From contig JBNGIO010006178.1 of the NCBI GenBank assembly GCA_049999805.1, forward strand, positions 195,055 to 259,054: a DNA stretch of 64,000 bases. Reading direction: 5' to 3'. Source of the stretch: Folioceros fuciformis (lineage: Eukaryota). A model generated the notes under the pieces. That model was not told the origin of the DNA, did not search any database, and saw only the letters and a program-made list of their open reading frames with translations. Below are positions 23,948 to 36,969 of the stretch, one piece after another. The position numbers and the translations under genes are program-made. Position 1 is the first letter of the stretch; the number at the start of each line of letters is the position of its first letter.

Positions 23948-26067
23948 ATGATAAGAATGCGCACAACCGGCGACGGAGCTTCTCCATACATCCTCGCGAC
24001 GTCGGCAATCCTCTGCCTGTCCCTAGCATGGAGCTGCAGGTCGTCCGGCCACGACCTGGTGCATTCGGAATTGGTAGTAACAACCAGAGGACTTTGCGGG
24101 ACATTTGTTCGGGACCTTAGCAGATACTACAACTGCGAGGAATACAAGGTGCGAGTTCCGCCATCTGACAGAAAAGCCTCCGAGTCAGGATTTCCTCCAT
24201 CGTAGATGGTTTCCCCAGCCCCAGATTGTTTGTGCAAACGTATCTCCATGGGAGGGGGTGGGAATTTTCTTGGCATGTGCGCAACACCGAGATATATCTG
24301 TGCAGGTGACTACGAGGAGCGGATTCCACCTAGGCGTGCAGAGGTTATGGAGCAAAATGCACAGCCCTCCGCACAGGGGGCCTGCATTTCTCTACCATGG
24401 AATCATGCAGGTAAGCTTCGAGGTGTCGAAACAGCTGATGCCATGACGCTCGTGTTTTGATCGCTTGACTGACCTAGGTAGCGGAGCGCTCATCAGCGTG
24501 AAATTTCTGAACTAGGGAGCGGACATCTGGGTGATGAACCCGCAGAAACGATCTCTGGGCTTCGTCCTGGCTGAGGCAGGATATGACGTCTACTTGGGAA
24601 ACAGCAGGTCCTCCAACTTCAGCTTTGGACACACTCATTACACTCGGAAGGACAAGGTGGCTATGGGAAGATTGGCATCTGTCTTGAATGCAACTTGAGG
24701 TTTCCCACGTTGTGTCGCTTATGCTTTTGGGACTCGTCTTGTGGCAGAGGTTTTGGGATTGGAGCTTGGACGAATTGGCTGGTGAGGACCTGCCCACAAT
24801 GCTGCGCTTTGTGCACTCGAGAACCAACGCCAAAATTCATTACGTAGGCTACTCTCAGGTACTACAGATGGGTTCCCACACTTTGGGACTTCAGCTTTCA
24901 AGGGAGCCCAGTTCGTGAATCAAAAAAAATTTGCACATGTGCGCAGGGGACGATGAGCGCATTTGCAGCATTTGGCTCTAACAAGCAGTTCATGACAAGC
25001 ATGATAGCAAAAGCAGCCATGCTGAGCCCAGTCTCATACGTCAGCAACATCCAGTCCAAGCTAGCAGCAGCCGCTGCTTGGCTATACGTGGACGATGTGA
25101 GTTTCCTTCCTCTGGACATCCGTCTGTCATCACCATTTCCTCCTCTACAGCCAGTCCTTACTCACTCAGTGTGATGCACCGATGCACTTCAGCTACTAGA
25201 GGCTGCTGGAATCTACGAGTTCAGCGCCTACGAGTAAGTGACGGTCGAGTATAGCTGTCCATTTCATTATCAGTCCTGTGACAGCCCCAGGTCTCCAATC
25301 ATTGGCTATAATTTCTGTACCTGTGTGGTTGATAGCAAGGTGTTACGGAGCATCGCAGGCGTAGCGTGCAACAGAGCAAGTTGCTACCCCGATGTGGTGA
25401 CAGCGATTACAGGTATGCAGATCCTCTCGAAATTCAAAGGTGCCTAGTAGGCCCTTGAGTTCCGCCCGTCCAGTCCTTGTACGTGTACTTGAAGTGTCAC
25501 TCTCTCCAGATGACAATTCGTGAGCAACAACGAATAATGCAAGCCTTGAATTGAGTGACTGGGTGCAGGACCCAATTGCTGCCTCAATACCACACAATAC
25601 ACCTACTACACCAAGTACCAATTGCAGCCTACATCTCTCAAGAATGTCCATCATTTAGCTCAGCGTAAGAATTGGAAACCCTGCTACTTAAGCTTTCACG
25701 GTCCTGGATTTATGCTACAGTCAGTAGTTAAATTTCTGCCGACCGCTTGTGCGGTTGGTCTGTGGCAGTGCTCAGGTCTCGGCGCTTTGCCAGGTTCGAT
25801 TATGGCTTCTGGGGAAATCTGCAGCGTTATCGATCATTCTCCCCGCCCGCTTACAGTCTCTCTGAGATTTCTATACCCTTGCTGCTTGCCCATGGTGGAA
25901 ACGACGATCTGGCGGATCCTGTTGATGTCTCGCAATTGATGAAGCAGCTGAAAAACAATCCTCAAGTGATCTACCTTCCGGAATATGCTCACGGGGATTT
26001 CATTCTCAGCGTGAAAGCTGGCGCAGATGTCTATGATCGAGTTTTGACGTTCTTCAACTCTTACTAG
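23948..26067 (+). CDS. Triacylglycerol lipase 1-like (acid lipase, alpha/beta hydrolase) with signal peptide, 9 exons
   Basis: CEEYK|VTTRSGFHLGVQR, AFLYHGIMQ, SLGFVLAEAGYDVYLGNSR, FWDWSLDELAGEDL, HYVGYSQ|GT nucleophile elbow, GGNDDLAD and YAHGDF (catalytic Asp and His). Confidence 0.92.
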
Positions 26068-26286
26068 AAAGTGCTTCTGTGGTGTGCCAGCTAAGCCACT
26101 ACATGTGACTCAATGTCATGGATGACTACTTTGAATGCGTCACCCATATATCCGGAACGCCTCCTCCTGTGACATCGTAGACTGTTCGCTAGACCATGAT
26201 GTCGCAGTTTACAGATTGCCAGAAAGAACATCACCCTAATATGTACTAACATTTTTATGGTTCACCAAAGTAGGCCAGGCCAAGCC

Positions 26287-28530
26287 TCAAGCAGGATTCG
26301 GGTTCCGGATCTGGTGTTCTAAAAGCTCTGTACAGCTCAGAAGCTTGTGTCCTGGACCAAACATGCATGAAAACGTTTTCGAGACTTTTGGATCGTCCTC
26401 CACGCATCGTCTCTGAATTGTTAGTGTAGATCGACTTCGCAAGCACCTCTTCTTCTGAGATTCCATATCCTTCAAGTGCCACAGCTCGTTTTGAACCCTT
26501 TGTTTTTCAACTGTACCATCTGTTAGCTTGCCCTGAAGATGTTTAGCCCGCTTGGCTGCTACATCTGCATCCCTTTTCAAATCCATGATCTCAATTTGTT
26601 TGCTGTGTAGTTCTGCTTGCAGCCTCTCCACCTCCAAGACTTTCTCCCCAATCTTTCTTTGCAGCCTCTCGTTTTCTGCGCCTCTTGTCTCCGCTAGTGA
26701 CTGATATTTCTCGAGATCCAGCTGGGTGCTTTGCTGCAATTCCCGAACCGAAGATTCCTCTGCAACACTAATGTTCTTTTTCTTCTCCAATATATCTCGC
26801 AATTTGCGTTCGGCCTGTAACTGAGTCTGTAAGGACCCAATGGTTTGTTTACTGACTGACAATTCAGATGCCTGATCTTCCACTAAAGCTTCCAAAACGT
26901 CAATACAACAAGAAAGGTCGCGGACAGTCCTTTCCTGCATGGCTTTGAGCGTCGCCATCTCCTCCTTGTGCTTGTTGACATCCTGCAAGGTCTCCTTCCT
27001 CGTCTTCTCACTCTTGGCAAGCCGTTCTGTCATCACTTCAATCTCATCCCGACTCTGACTACAGCACGAATCCAGCCTCTTGATTTGATCCTGCAGCTGG
27101 TGAGTTGTCGACGCAAGAAACGAAACAGAACTAAGTGCTTCAGCCTGCAGTTGTCTCATCAGGTCCTCAAGCTCTGGAACCTGGATGAGTAACGCTTGGC
27201 CTTTGAGACGCTGCAAAATGAACTGAAGTGGCATTCGCATGCAATGCCGCACAGACTTCACCATCTCGCCTACATCTTCTTTTAGAGATGAACGGTTGAC
27301 TCCGATCACATCCACTATGCTTGGTAAGAGTCTTGCTGTAAGAGACAGCAACGTTTGATAGCTCTGCATTGCAATATGGAGTCTGTCCGGCGCTGCAGTA
27401 CTAGCTTTTCTGCTGTTAACCTCTTGCACCGCCTTATCAACATCACGCACTTTGCGACAGAACTTTTCAACAAGAGTTCCGATCTGCCCTTCCTGAAGTT
27501 GAACCTTAGACAAGAGATGCTTCTCTGCGGAGTTTACGGACCCCTCTAGCTTGTCAAGAGCATCGGCAAGCTCACGCAACTGATGCTTACGCTTGTCTTC
27601 AATCTTGGCCAAGAACTTTGCAGCCTTCTTTCTCATTTCTTCCAGCTATAAAGTTGAACAAATTTCGCCGATTCATGACGCGAGAGAGTCAGTGTCACAT
27701 GCGTAACAGGCAATGGCTCCAGCTATCCACCATTTCTTTTACAAATTGAGTCGATTTCTCCAGGACACGTGCCAACATCTACCTACTTGGAATTGGTAGA
27801 AATGTTTTGCATGCACTGAAACTGTCCTACCTCCAAGCCCCGTGCAGGTATGTTGATCAATGTTGTCTTCTTGACAGACTTGAATGGATCGTCGTGACAT
27901 CCTTCAGTAGACCTCGCGCATCCGTCTGAGCCTCCAAACTGACCAAAACAGTTGAAATCATATAAGACCTCCAGATACTTTGTAGAAATGGCTGAATCCG
28001 CAGCAAGGCAAATACACACTTTGGTCGAATGACTCTGATCCTCCGCCTGAATGTAGTATATGGAGCTATGCCTCCCTTGCCGATGCATCTCCTCCTCTTT
28101 CAAGCCAATCAAACGCAACAACGGAACTGACATGGAAGCCATCATCTCTTCAGCCTGGAAATTGAAGAGCACGACAAGATGAGCAGGCACACCATATGCA
28201 GCCATGAGGCCAGGAGCTCGGCGCGGGTTTGTCCGCAATTCTTGAACGAGGAATTATCGCGATGCATTAAACAAATGCACCTACTTCCTTGAGAGCCATT
28301 CCGATCTCGGATTTCAAACACACAAATCGGCTCTTGCACTCGGAGATGAGCTCGAATGCGTTCGCAGCATTAGCATGGATGTTCGCCATCAGTCGTCGGA
28401 GAAAAAGAGAACGTGGTGAGGCAGCCAGAGTGGACGTTTCTAAGAGTACGTCGCCGCATAAGAAGCGGGTGCTTGGGAGGAAGCCATCATCGTCCCTTCG
28501 CTTCCCATCCGACAGGGACGACGGAAACTC
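26287..28530 (-). CDS. Uncharacterised long coiled-coil protein (multi-exon; 5' end uncertain)
   Basis: 449-aa heptad-rich terminal ORF (26287-27636) plus upstream exons (..SPRSLFLRRLMANIH.., AEEMMASMSVPLLRLIGLKEEEM..) with plausible splice sites. Family not recognised. Confidence 0.6.
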
Positions 28531-29626
28531 TTAACTCCACTGCGGTTACTTTAACCAAGACTTCAGCCCTAAGGCTAGCTGGACAAGTGAATACATCTGT
28601 GGTCCAAGTGAATGGGGTTGCGATGGCCGTGGTAACATGGGGCAATTTTTGTGGCAGCAGCGGCAGAAGCAAAAGGAGTCAGATGAGCAGGCAGGGGTTG
28701 CCCGAGATGTGTTAGCATCCGGCCGACAGGCTTGTTACAAGGTATGTCTCTGGATGTTGGATTCTTGCGATTAGCCACGAAGCCGGGACCGCGGTGCCTT
28801 GAGCTGACCTGAACCTTCTCAGACTGCGGAGAGTCTGCAGTTAGAGCTGGTTGTTTTGAATGGTTGGCAGTTGTAGTTGCGTGACTTCTGGTGGATGACA
28901 GGCAAGGGATGCGTTTTACGCTTGTCTTGAAAGCACCAGAAACAAAACTCCGACAGAGGTGGGTTATGTTGGACTCATGTATCCAACTGAGTGCAAGGCT
29001 GCTCGAGCGGAGTACATGAACTCTTGTCGCCCGACTTGGGTAAGGGGTAGCTTTCTGCTGCGATGCGAGGTTTTTTGTTGCTGCGAGGTTGGTGCCATTT
29101 TTCTGACTGTCGCTTATTTCGGTAGGTGAAGCATTTTGATCGACAATACAGTGCTCAGAAGAGATTGCGTAGACTGCTGGACACCGACAGTTCTCGAGGA
29201 CCCATTAGGTTGCCACAATCCTCAAGCTTTGTGAAAAAGACGCAGACATAACTGTGCCGTGTACCTTGTTTGCTAATAACTGGGACAGGCTTCAAGTTTT
29301 CTCCTCTTGACAGGATTGGCTCTGGCCGACACGGTCTTTCGTCCAGCTGATTTTTTGGATGTGTTCCGCCCAACTCATCCTACTCAGAAGGTTGAAGCTT
29401 TCAGGAACTGACATGTTCCTGACGTTGGAAGTGTGTTGGTGGTTGGATTGGGGTCGACATCCGTAGGCAAAGTTTCTTGTCGAAGAATAGTTTTGGCTGG
29501 CACTTGTAGAATTTCTGTACAAAAGGAGTGCTTTCTCCTCCTTTATGCATTGAGGAAAGGTGGCACACGCAATGCAACCATTTGGGTCTAAGGACTTTTC
29601 CTCTTATTCGAACAAAACCGAAATGT

Positions 29627-30792
29627 TTACACCGAAAAGGAATTCAAGATCTGGCGAAGTCGTCCTTGAGAAGATGCCCATTGCTTTTCGTTAGCACTGA
29701 CAACCAAGAGTAAGACGACGCTTCCCTTGGCTGTTGCACTGGCAAGATTGTGTGAACCGGTTCTTGCGTAAGGTGCATCCAGCTCGTAGGTGTAAAACTG
29801 CAGACACGACGAGGAAACAGGTTATCTAACACTTGAGAGACGGATGCTACTGCAACACATTATTCCCATCAACGTGAAAAACACTTCCGCTCACAGTTCG
29901 ATCTGCTCGTTGTTGGATGACAGACTCGACAAGTTCTTCGGGATCAAAGCTGTTCCCCGTCACGAATGGACCTAGAGCAGCAATGACAGTGTCCGGGCTG
30001 CCAATCTCTTCAATCTTTGCGTTTGGCTTGTTAGTAAGCCGGACCATAGGAGCTGCAAAGAGCTGCAGCGTGCCTTCTCTTTCGTCCTCAAACTTCACCT
30101 CTACCCATGGCTCTGCGCATTTAGGCTGACAGTAGTTTCCGGACAAGATATTGGCAACTTTCGCCTGCTTCCACCTTGGCGGAACGAAGAACTCATAGGG
30201 GTCCACATTGCCTGTTCAGGATGGATGCATCAGCGCTCTTCCCAGCCCTAGCAATCACACAGAGTCTGGCACTGACACTGAATTTTCTCAGAACAAGCGC
30301 TTCATTTTAACGTAGAACCGAAACAACCAAATCCACTACACCTCTACCAGTAGTAGCTGCGGGAGTTCATGCATTCCCCAGGCGATCTTCCGCAGGCTCA
30401 CACAGCAAGGACGCCATCTCACCTGCCCTAAGCGCCGGCGTGTCCTTCGTGGAGGCCCGGAACACGCAAAAGTCGCCATCCGAAGCGCGCGGCAGGTAGC
30501 TCCCAACTTCGATCGGCTTGGCACTCAATGCTTCCGCGCCGGACGCCATGAAGTCGGCAAGAGCAGCCGCAAGCACTCCCCCCGCCATTCCGACACACGC
30601 ATGCCGCCTTCCCAGCGCTAGTGAAGAAGCGAATGTCGACGTCGACGCCTGCTCCGCCTGCGGTTCAGCGCTGCAACGCGCATTCTGAAGGAAGACGTGC
30701 TGCTGCCTCCTCGACCTCGGCGCTCCGGATCTTGGAACGCGTCTCCCAGATACGGGCGCGCAAGAAGAGGCCGAGGCCAGGGAAGACGCCAT
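29627..30792 (-). CDS. PPD6: PsbP-domain protein 6, thylakoid lumen, 3 exons
   Basis: Transit peptide plus twin-Arg (LGRRHA) signal; IEVGSYLP..DTPALRAG|NVDPYEF..VANILSGNYCQPKCAEPWVEVKFEDE..GPFVTGNSFDPEELVE|FYTYEL..TGSHNLA..ANEKQW..ILNSFSV*. Confidence 0.94.
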
Positions 30793-31299
30793 CGCCGGAG
30801 ATGGCCGCTGCTCCGCCTTCCAGCGAGCAGGATAAAATGACCGAGAAAACGGAGTTTCGCCCGAAGACACTCCGTAGACACTCTGCCCAAACTGGCGTTA
30901 CGTATACATGCCCGGCGAAACTAACACAAGTAGCCTCTCACAGCCTCTCTTGAGAGCCCCGGTCATCTCTCCTCCTCCGTGGCCCTTCCCTCGCGCAAGA
31001 ACACAGGCGAAGCAAACGTGATCGAGAAGGCGAAAGCCCGTGGCTTCCATGTGCTTAAACGCGGTGCCGCTGGTGGTGAGGCCGGTGCTGTGTCCGTGCC
31101 CGAGCCTGCTGAATCCGAGGCTTCCCAGCCCGTGGTGCTGGCTGTGCCGGACATCTGCTTGCTGTTCGGCATGTCCCTCTTACCCTCGGACTGATCTGAG
31201 TGCAGGTCAGCGGAAACTGTGCAGGCGGCTGGCGTCGGTGACCGTAGGCGGGGCCGAAGTAGCCGGGTGAATGTGTGTTGGAATTGTGTCTGAATTTGG

Positions 31300-31620
31300 C
31301 CAGGTTACTTCCTCCAGGGCAATGTCATGCAGCAGAGGCGGTGGAGGCTGTGAATGGAGTGACGGGGGTGCTGGAGAAATTCACTTCCTCGGCCGCGTCC
31401 CGCGCGCTGTGCTCTGCCTCTACGGTGGCGGTGGGAGGGAGCCTGCCCGCCGTGGCTATCGTCGCTTTGGAGTATGCACCACGCTGATCGCCTTCCCCTG
31501 TCTCCCGCCTCCCCGTCCGAAGATCGACGTGGCGGCAGTGGAGCGTAGAGAAGAGTATCGGGGCGGAAGTGTGGTATGTTGTATCAATTTTTTCAACATT
31601 GGCAAGGAGAGGGACATTGG
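31300..31620 (+). pseudogene. Degenerate 5' fragment of the TBC RabGAP gene (duplicate)
   Basis: AVEAVNGVTGVLEKFTSSAASRALCSAS..LEYAPR* aligns to the N-terminus of the 33762 gene (AVEAVNGVTGGALEHMTSSAASGALRSAS). Start lost, stop at ~31485, deletions. Similarity continues to ~31620. Confidence 0.85.
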
Positions 31621-32239
31621 CAAGGGGTCCAAGTGCGGGGGCTATTTCGCCTTCCAGAGCCAACGCAGACCATCGCTTTCGAGAGGGGATACAATTGACA
31701 CCACCACTGTCGCCTTCGTTTCCGGTATCCATATCGCTTGCTGGTATATATGGCATGCCAAAGGGGGACGCGTGCCACTGTCTCTAGGATTTTTGTCTTT
31801 TTACAAACAGAGACTACACGCTTCCCCTTTGGCGCGTACGCGAGCAGTTTGGAGGTCTCAAAAGAGGGGTCACCTTTGACCCCTCTTTTGAGACGAGGCA
31901 GCAAGATCCAATCACAAAGCTCTAATAAAGCTCAAAGCAGAGCTAGGTGCTGGCCGACAGGGTCTTCCATTCGGCTGAGGTTTTGGATGCTGCACTCAGC
32001 AGTTTGGAGGTCTCATGCACACAAAATTGGTAATTTCCGGAGGTGTCTGGTGGTTGGTTTGTCGTCGAGGTTCTTAAGGCACGGCTTCTTGTCGAATGAC
32101 GAGATTTGGCGCTTGTAGAATTTCTGGAGAAGTGGAGTGTTCTCCTTTTCGTATTCTGGGAAGGGAGAAAACACAAAGAAAACCTTCAGGCTCATGGACT
32201 TTTTCTGATACAAGGCACTCCATCTGTTCACGCTGAGAA

Positions 32240-33290
32240 GGAAAGCAAGATCCGGCAAAGCTGTGCTTGAAAAGGGGCCATTCCTTCTCCTTAAAACTCA
32301 CTACCAACAGCAAGACTCGCTCCCATTGGCAGTTGCACTGGCAAAATTGTGTGAGATTCTTCTTCCGTATGGTTCATCCAGGTCGTAGGTGTAAAACTGC
32401 ACATATGACAAGGAGACGTGATCTTACTCTCAAGACACGGATGCTAGTGCAACACAGTGTTCCCAGTCAAAAGTGAAGAGTTCTTTGACTCACAGTTCGA
32501 TCTGCTCGTTGGGTGCCAGACTCGATGAGTTCCTCGAATCGAAGCTATTTCCTGTCACGTATGGACTGAAAAAGTAATGACCGTGTCTGGGCTGCCAATC
32601 TCTTCAATGTTGGCGTTAGGATTGTTAGTGCGCCGGACCATGCGAGCTGCAAAGTCTTGCAGCGTGCCTGCCCTGTCGTCCTCGAACTTCACCTCCCCGC
32701 ATGGCTCTGCGTACTTAGGCTGCCAGTAGTTTCCAGACTCTTCATGGAGAGCCTGGCAGTGACACACATTTTCTCAGAACAAACCCTTCATTTTAACGTA
32801 GAACCGCAATTACTAAACACATCACACCTTCAGCTGTGCTACCTCAAGCTCACGCATTCCGCAGGCCGTCTTCCGCAAGCTTACATAACAAGAACGTCAT
32901 CTCAACTGCCCTCAGTGCCGGGGTGTCCTTCGTGGAAGCTCGGAACACTCAAAAGTCGCCATCCGTAGCGCTTGGCAGGTAGCTCCCAACTTCGATCCGC
33001 TTCGCACTCAGTTCTTCTGCGCCGGACGCCATTCAATCGGGGAGCGCAGGCCCAAGCACTACTCCCGCCATTTCCACATACGCTTGCCGCCTTCCCTGCG
33101 CCACTTTAGAAGCGAATGCCGACGTCGAAACCTGCTCCTATGCGGTTCAGCGATGCATCGCGCATTCTGGAGGAAAACAATGTGCCACCTCCTCGATCCC
33201 GCCGCGCCCGAACCTGAGACGCGTCTGCCAGATACGAGCGCGCAGGAAGAGGCGAGGGCCGGGAAGCCGCCAGCCGTAGATGGCCGAAGC
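32240..33290 (-). pseudogene. PPD6 pseudogene (duplicate)
   Basis: Collinear with 29627-30810. ATG lost; TGC>TGA stop at 32949-32951 (DGDF*VFRAS); start of exon 2 deleted; QPKYAEPCGEVKFEDD instead of QPKCAEPWVEVKFEDE; frameshifts. Confidence 0.9.
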
Positions 33291-33761
33291 TCTGCCTTGC
33301 AGAGACCAGAAAAGAAGTTTCGCCCGAAATCAGGCAAACTGGCGTTAAGTATATATACCTGGCGAAACAGATGTTGGCAGTCTCTCACGGACTCGAGCCG
33401 AGCCCAGCCCATCGCATCTACTCCCGGGCCCGTCACACGCCCGAGGAGACACGAGAAGCAGAGACGATCGGCGAAGGCGAGGCCCGTGGCCATCGAGTCA
33501 TGTGCTTGTACGCCGTGGCACTGGCGGTGAGCCCGGTGCTGTGTTTGTGCCCAAGCCTGCTGGATCTGTTGTCGCCCAGCCCGTGGTGTTGGCTGTGCCG
33601 GCATGTGTGCTTGCTGTTCGGCATGTCCGTCTTGTTCTCGGACTGGAACTGAGTGTAGGTTTGCGGAAGCTCTGCCGGCCGCTGGCTTCGATGATGGGGA
33701 GCGGGGCCGAGGGAGCCGGGTGAAATTGTGTTGGAATGGTATCTGAATTTGACCAGGTTCC

Positions 33762-35402
33762 ATGTCCTTTCAGAGCAATTTCTTTCTGGCAAGGGCGGTG
33801 GAGGCGGTGAATGGGGTGACTGGGGGCGCGCTGGAGCACATGACTTCCTCGGCCGCGTCTGGCGCGCTGCGCTCCGCCTCGGCGGTGGTGGTGGGAGTGA
33901 GCGTGGCTGCCGTTGCGGTCGTGGTTTTGGCCTACGCCACAGGGAACGGCGAGTTTCTGTTCTCCCACCGGAGGCTCCGGCCTCCGTGGACGAGGAGGAG
34001 GAGGCATGAGCCACTTTCGCTGCTGCAGTGGCGGGAGGCGTTTGATCCCGTGCTGGGGGCGGCGCCGGACGGGGGCGAGAAGGTGATCGACGTTGTGCGT
34101 AAGGGGGGCGTAGAGCATAGGATTAGGGCGGAGGTGTGGCCTTTTGTGCTTGGTGTATACGATTTTTCCAGCACTCGTGAGGAGAGGGACGCGGAGAAGG
34201 AGCGGAAGAAGGAGCAGTTTATGAAGTTGCGGGAGCTCTGTGCGGTGGCTCAGCAGTGTTTGGCGGACAGCTCCGGCTGCGGTGCCGGTGAGGGGGAGCC
34301 CAAGGCGAACGGCCAAGCTTCTGGCCCCGGGTCTGCTGGGCATGCCAATGAGAGTGACCTAGGCAGTGGCCCCCTTTCTGATGGATTGGAAGACCCTGAA
34401 GAAGCATGTGTGGAGGGGTCTGAGCCACCACATGTAGTAGACAGCGAGGTGCTGGTGGAAAGCAGCGTGGACGATGTTAGGTTGGATGCTGGTGTGGATG
34501 ACGTTGTTGAGCAGCCCAAGAGGAGCGCGCGTGAGGAGGCTCTTGCTGGCAATCTGGAAGTGCTAGGGAAGCACGATCCCAAGTGGGTGGTGAATACCGT
34601 GCTGGCTTTGGAGGATTTTGGTACGTGGCAGCGGATTATTCGTCTCGATGCCATCCGGATGAATTCCGACTGGCTTCCCTTCTCCCCCTCAGCAGCAAGT
34701 GTCACCCAGGACATGGCTGACGAGCTGGCCGACGCAGTGCAGTTGAAAGACACTGAGCATTTGGATGCAACTCGAAAGTATTTTGGTGCACGGCTGGTTG
34801 CGATTGTGGAGGCTTACACGCTTCACGATTCGGAAACAGGGTATTGCCAGGGCATGAGTGACTTGTTGGCCCCCTTCGTGGCTCTCATTGATGATGACTT
34901 CGAAGCCTTTTGGTGTTTTGTTAACTTCATGCAAGCTGCTCGGCACAATTTCAGGATGGATGAGACTGGAATACAACGTCAGTTGGATCTGGTTGCTCGC
35001 ATTCTAAGAGCTGGAGATCCAGAGCTGTATGAGCACTTGGTGAGAATAAGGTCGGAGGACTGCACATTCGTGTACCGGATGATCCTGGTTTTTCTTCGCA
35101 GGGAGCTTACTTTTGAGCAAAGCCTGGGTTTGTGGGAGGTGATTTGGGCTGACTGGGCGGTCCTGCGAAGGAATTCTGAGGCAAATGAAGGCTCAAAGTC
35201 GAGGACACCGGCTTCCAGTGATCTGCTCCTCTACACCATAGCTGCGGCTGTGCGGAACAAGAAGCAACATATTCTCGAGTATTGTCGAGGTATGGATGAC
35301 ATGCTTAAAGAGTGCAATGACATGGCTGGGCATCTGGACGTATGGGCACTTTTAGATGATGCTCGAGGTCTGGTGCGCTCGATACAAGAGAGGGTCCGAT
35401 GA
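33762..35402 (+). CDS. TBC-domain Rab GTPase-activating protein (RabGAP22-like), intronless
   Basis: 546-aa ORF: GGVEHRIRAEVWPFVLGVY, WQRIIRLDAIR (Arg finger), GYCQGMSDLLAP (Gln finger), EAFWCF, FVYRM, LWEVIWAD. Confidence 0.94.
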   Translation: MSFQSNFFLARAVEAVNGVTGGALEHMTSSAASGALRSASAVVVGVSVAAVAVVVLAYATGNGEFLFSHRRLRPPWTRRRRHEPLSLLQWREAFDPVLGAAPDGGEKVIDVVRKGGVEHRIRAEVWPFVLGVYDFSSTREERDAEKERKKEQFMKLRELCAVAQQCLADSSGCGAGEGEPKANGQASGPGSAGHANESDLGSGPLSDGLEDPEEACVEGSEPPHVVDSEVLVESSVDDVRLDAGVDDVVEQPKRSAREEALAGNLEVLGKHDPKWVVNTVLALEDFGTWQRIIRLDAIRMNSDWLPFSPSAASVTQDMADELADAVQLKDTEHLDATRKYFGARLVAIVEAYTLHDSETGYCQGMSDLLAPFVALIDDDFEAFWCFVNFMQAARHNFRMDETGIQRQLDLVARILRAGDPELYEHLVRIRSEDCTFVYRMILVFLRRELTFEQSLGLWEVIWADWAVLRRNSEANEGSKSRTPASSDLLLYTIAAAVRNKKQHILEYCRGMDDMLKECNDMAGHLDVWALLDDARGLVRSIQERVR

Positions 35403-36969
35403 AAACCCTATTCTTTGCTACTCGGAATGTGCTGCCGGAGCGTGAATTTGTACATAGCTATGGGACGGTTCTTTCCTTCAAGTGGTTATGCACACTTGAA
35501 TGAAGCTTGACATTGCACCCAGCTGCACGCCTCGGAGTCTTCCACATAAATTGATTGCATTTGGCGGTCACAAACGTGTCGGTTTCTTGTTATTTTACTT
35601 TCTGCTGCAGTTATTCTTTTGTGCCACTGAAACAGAAAGGCACTGTGCATTCCACTACTACTAGATTAGAGTTCTTCAATTTCATCAGGTGCTGACCCGG
35701 GGAAAATTTATGCTGTGTGTCGTAGCACAGTGGATTCTCTGTGGCCATCCTTAATAACATCGTCCCCGAAACAGCTTTGGGTTGAACCAGATCTACAGTT
35801 ACGGCCGATGTGAAACTGAAGAGCCCCGGCTCACGTACTCCAGGCCTGTAGGCTCCTTTACTTGACTTCTACCCGCCAACACTCTACATCTGAGGTTCAC
35901 CAACTGTTGGATTTCAGGAAGAGCACTCTTCCTGACTCCTTTCAACAGTTGAATTGTTCTCGTGGCCTTCCATTCGTGGTGGAGGATGGATCTGCTTGCG
36001 GTAATCTCAGAATGTCTTGGACGTTCCGGCATCTGGATGTGATGGCTTGATGTGTAGAAAGTCTCTGCTCAATTTGCGAACTCGGTTATTGGAAGGCGGC
36101 TTCTCAGGAATGGCCTGATGAAGTCCGTTGCAGGCAGTGACCAGCTTGGATCCAAACCAATTGCGGCACCTTTCGTAATGGACGCCGTATGAAAGCTTGG
36201 ATTTCGTTCGCACGAGGAAGATATGGTGGAAGCTAGAGAAGATTGAACGTTGTTGAAATGAACTGGATCCTTCCATCAGGTCAGGCGTCCTCATCCTACG
36301 TCAGCCGCAATTCAGGTTCCTGAAGGGCGGCTTAGGTCAGCCTTGTTTCCAAAGTCTTAGGTCGTATCCTACCGAAAGCATTCGAACGGCACGAGATCCT
36401 TTCATCACCTACACATCGTGACCAGCAGGTTGTCCCAGTACGCGATAATACGCTGGGAACGCAGACCTTACACCCTGGACTGACGCGAATGTGCCGCAGT
36501 CGAGGTCGTCGGTAGATAGCATTGCCAGCCTTTCCTCGCCTGCACAGTCTCGTGCGGGTGTGATTCGGAAAAAGGACTTCGTGTGTCACTCTTCCCTACA
36601 GACTCTAACCGGTTGGACCATCTCAGGAGATAGTGTGGAGGTTCCAGCGCGCGAAGACGTCTTGAATCGAGAAGAATTGGACTCCATCCGCCAGAGACTT
36701 GTCACCTTGGCTGATGATCTGGCTACTGGCTGTTCATGAATTAGACGGCATTAAATCTCAACAACCTATCTACTCCCTTTTCTTGACTGTGAAAGCCTTA
36801 AAGCCGACTGTATATAAGGCCGAGGCCAGGGAGACGCCATACCTGGAGACAGCCGCTGATCGGCCTTGCATAGCCGGCAGAACGTAGCGAGCAATGAAGT
36901 GTGTCTTTCGCTTCTTTGGCGTTTTATTTAACGTGGCCGCGGAGACACGTTACAACATGCGGAGCAGCG

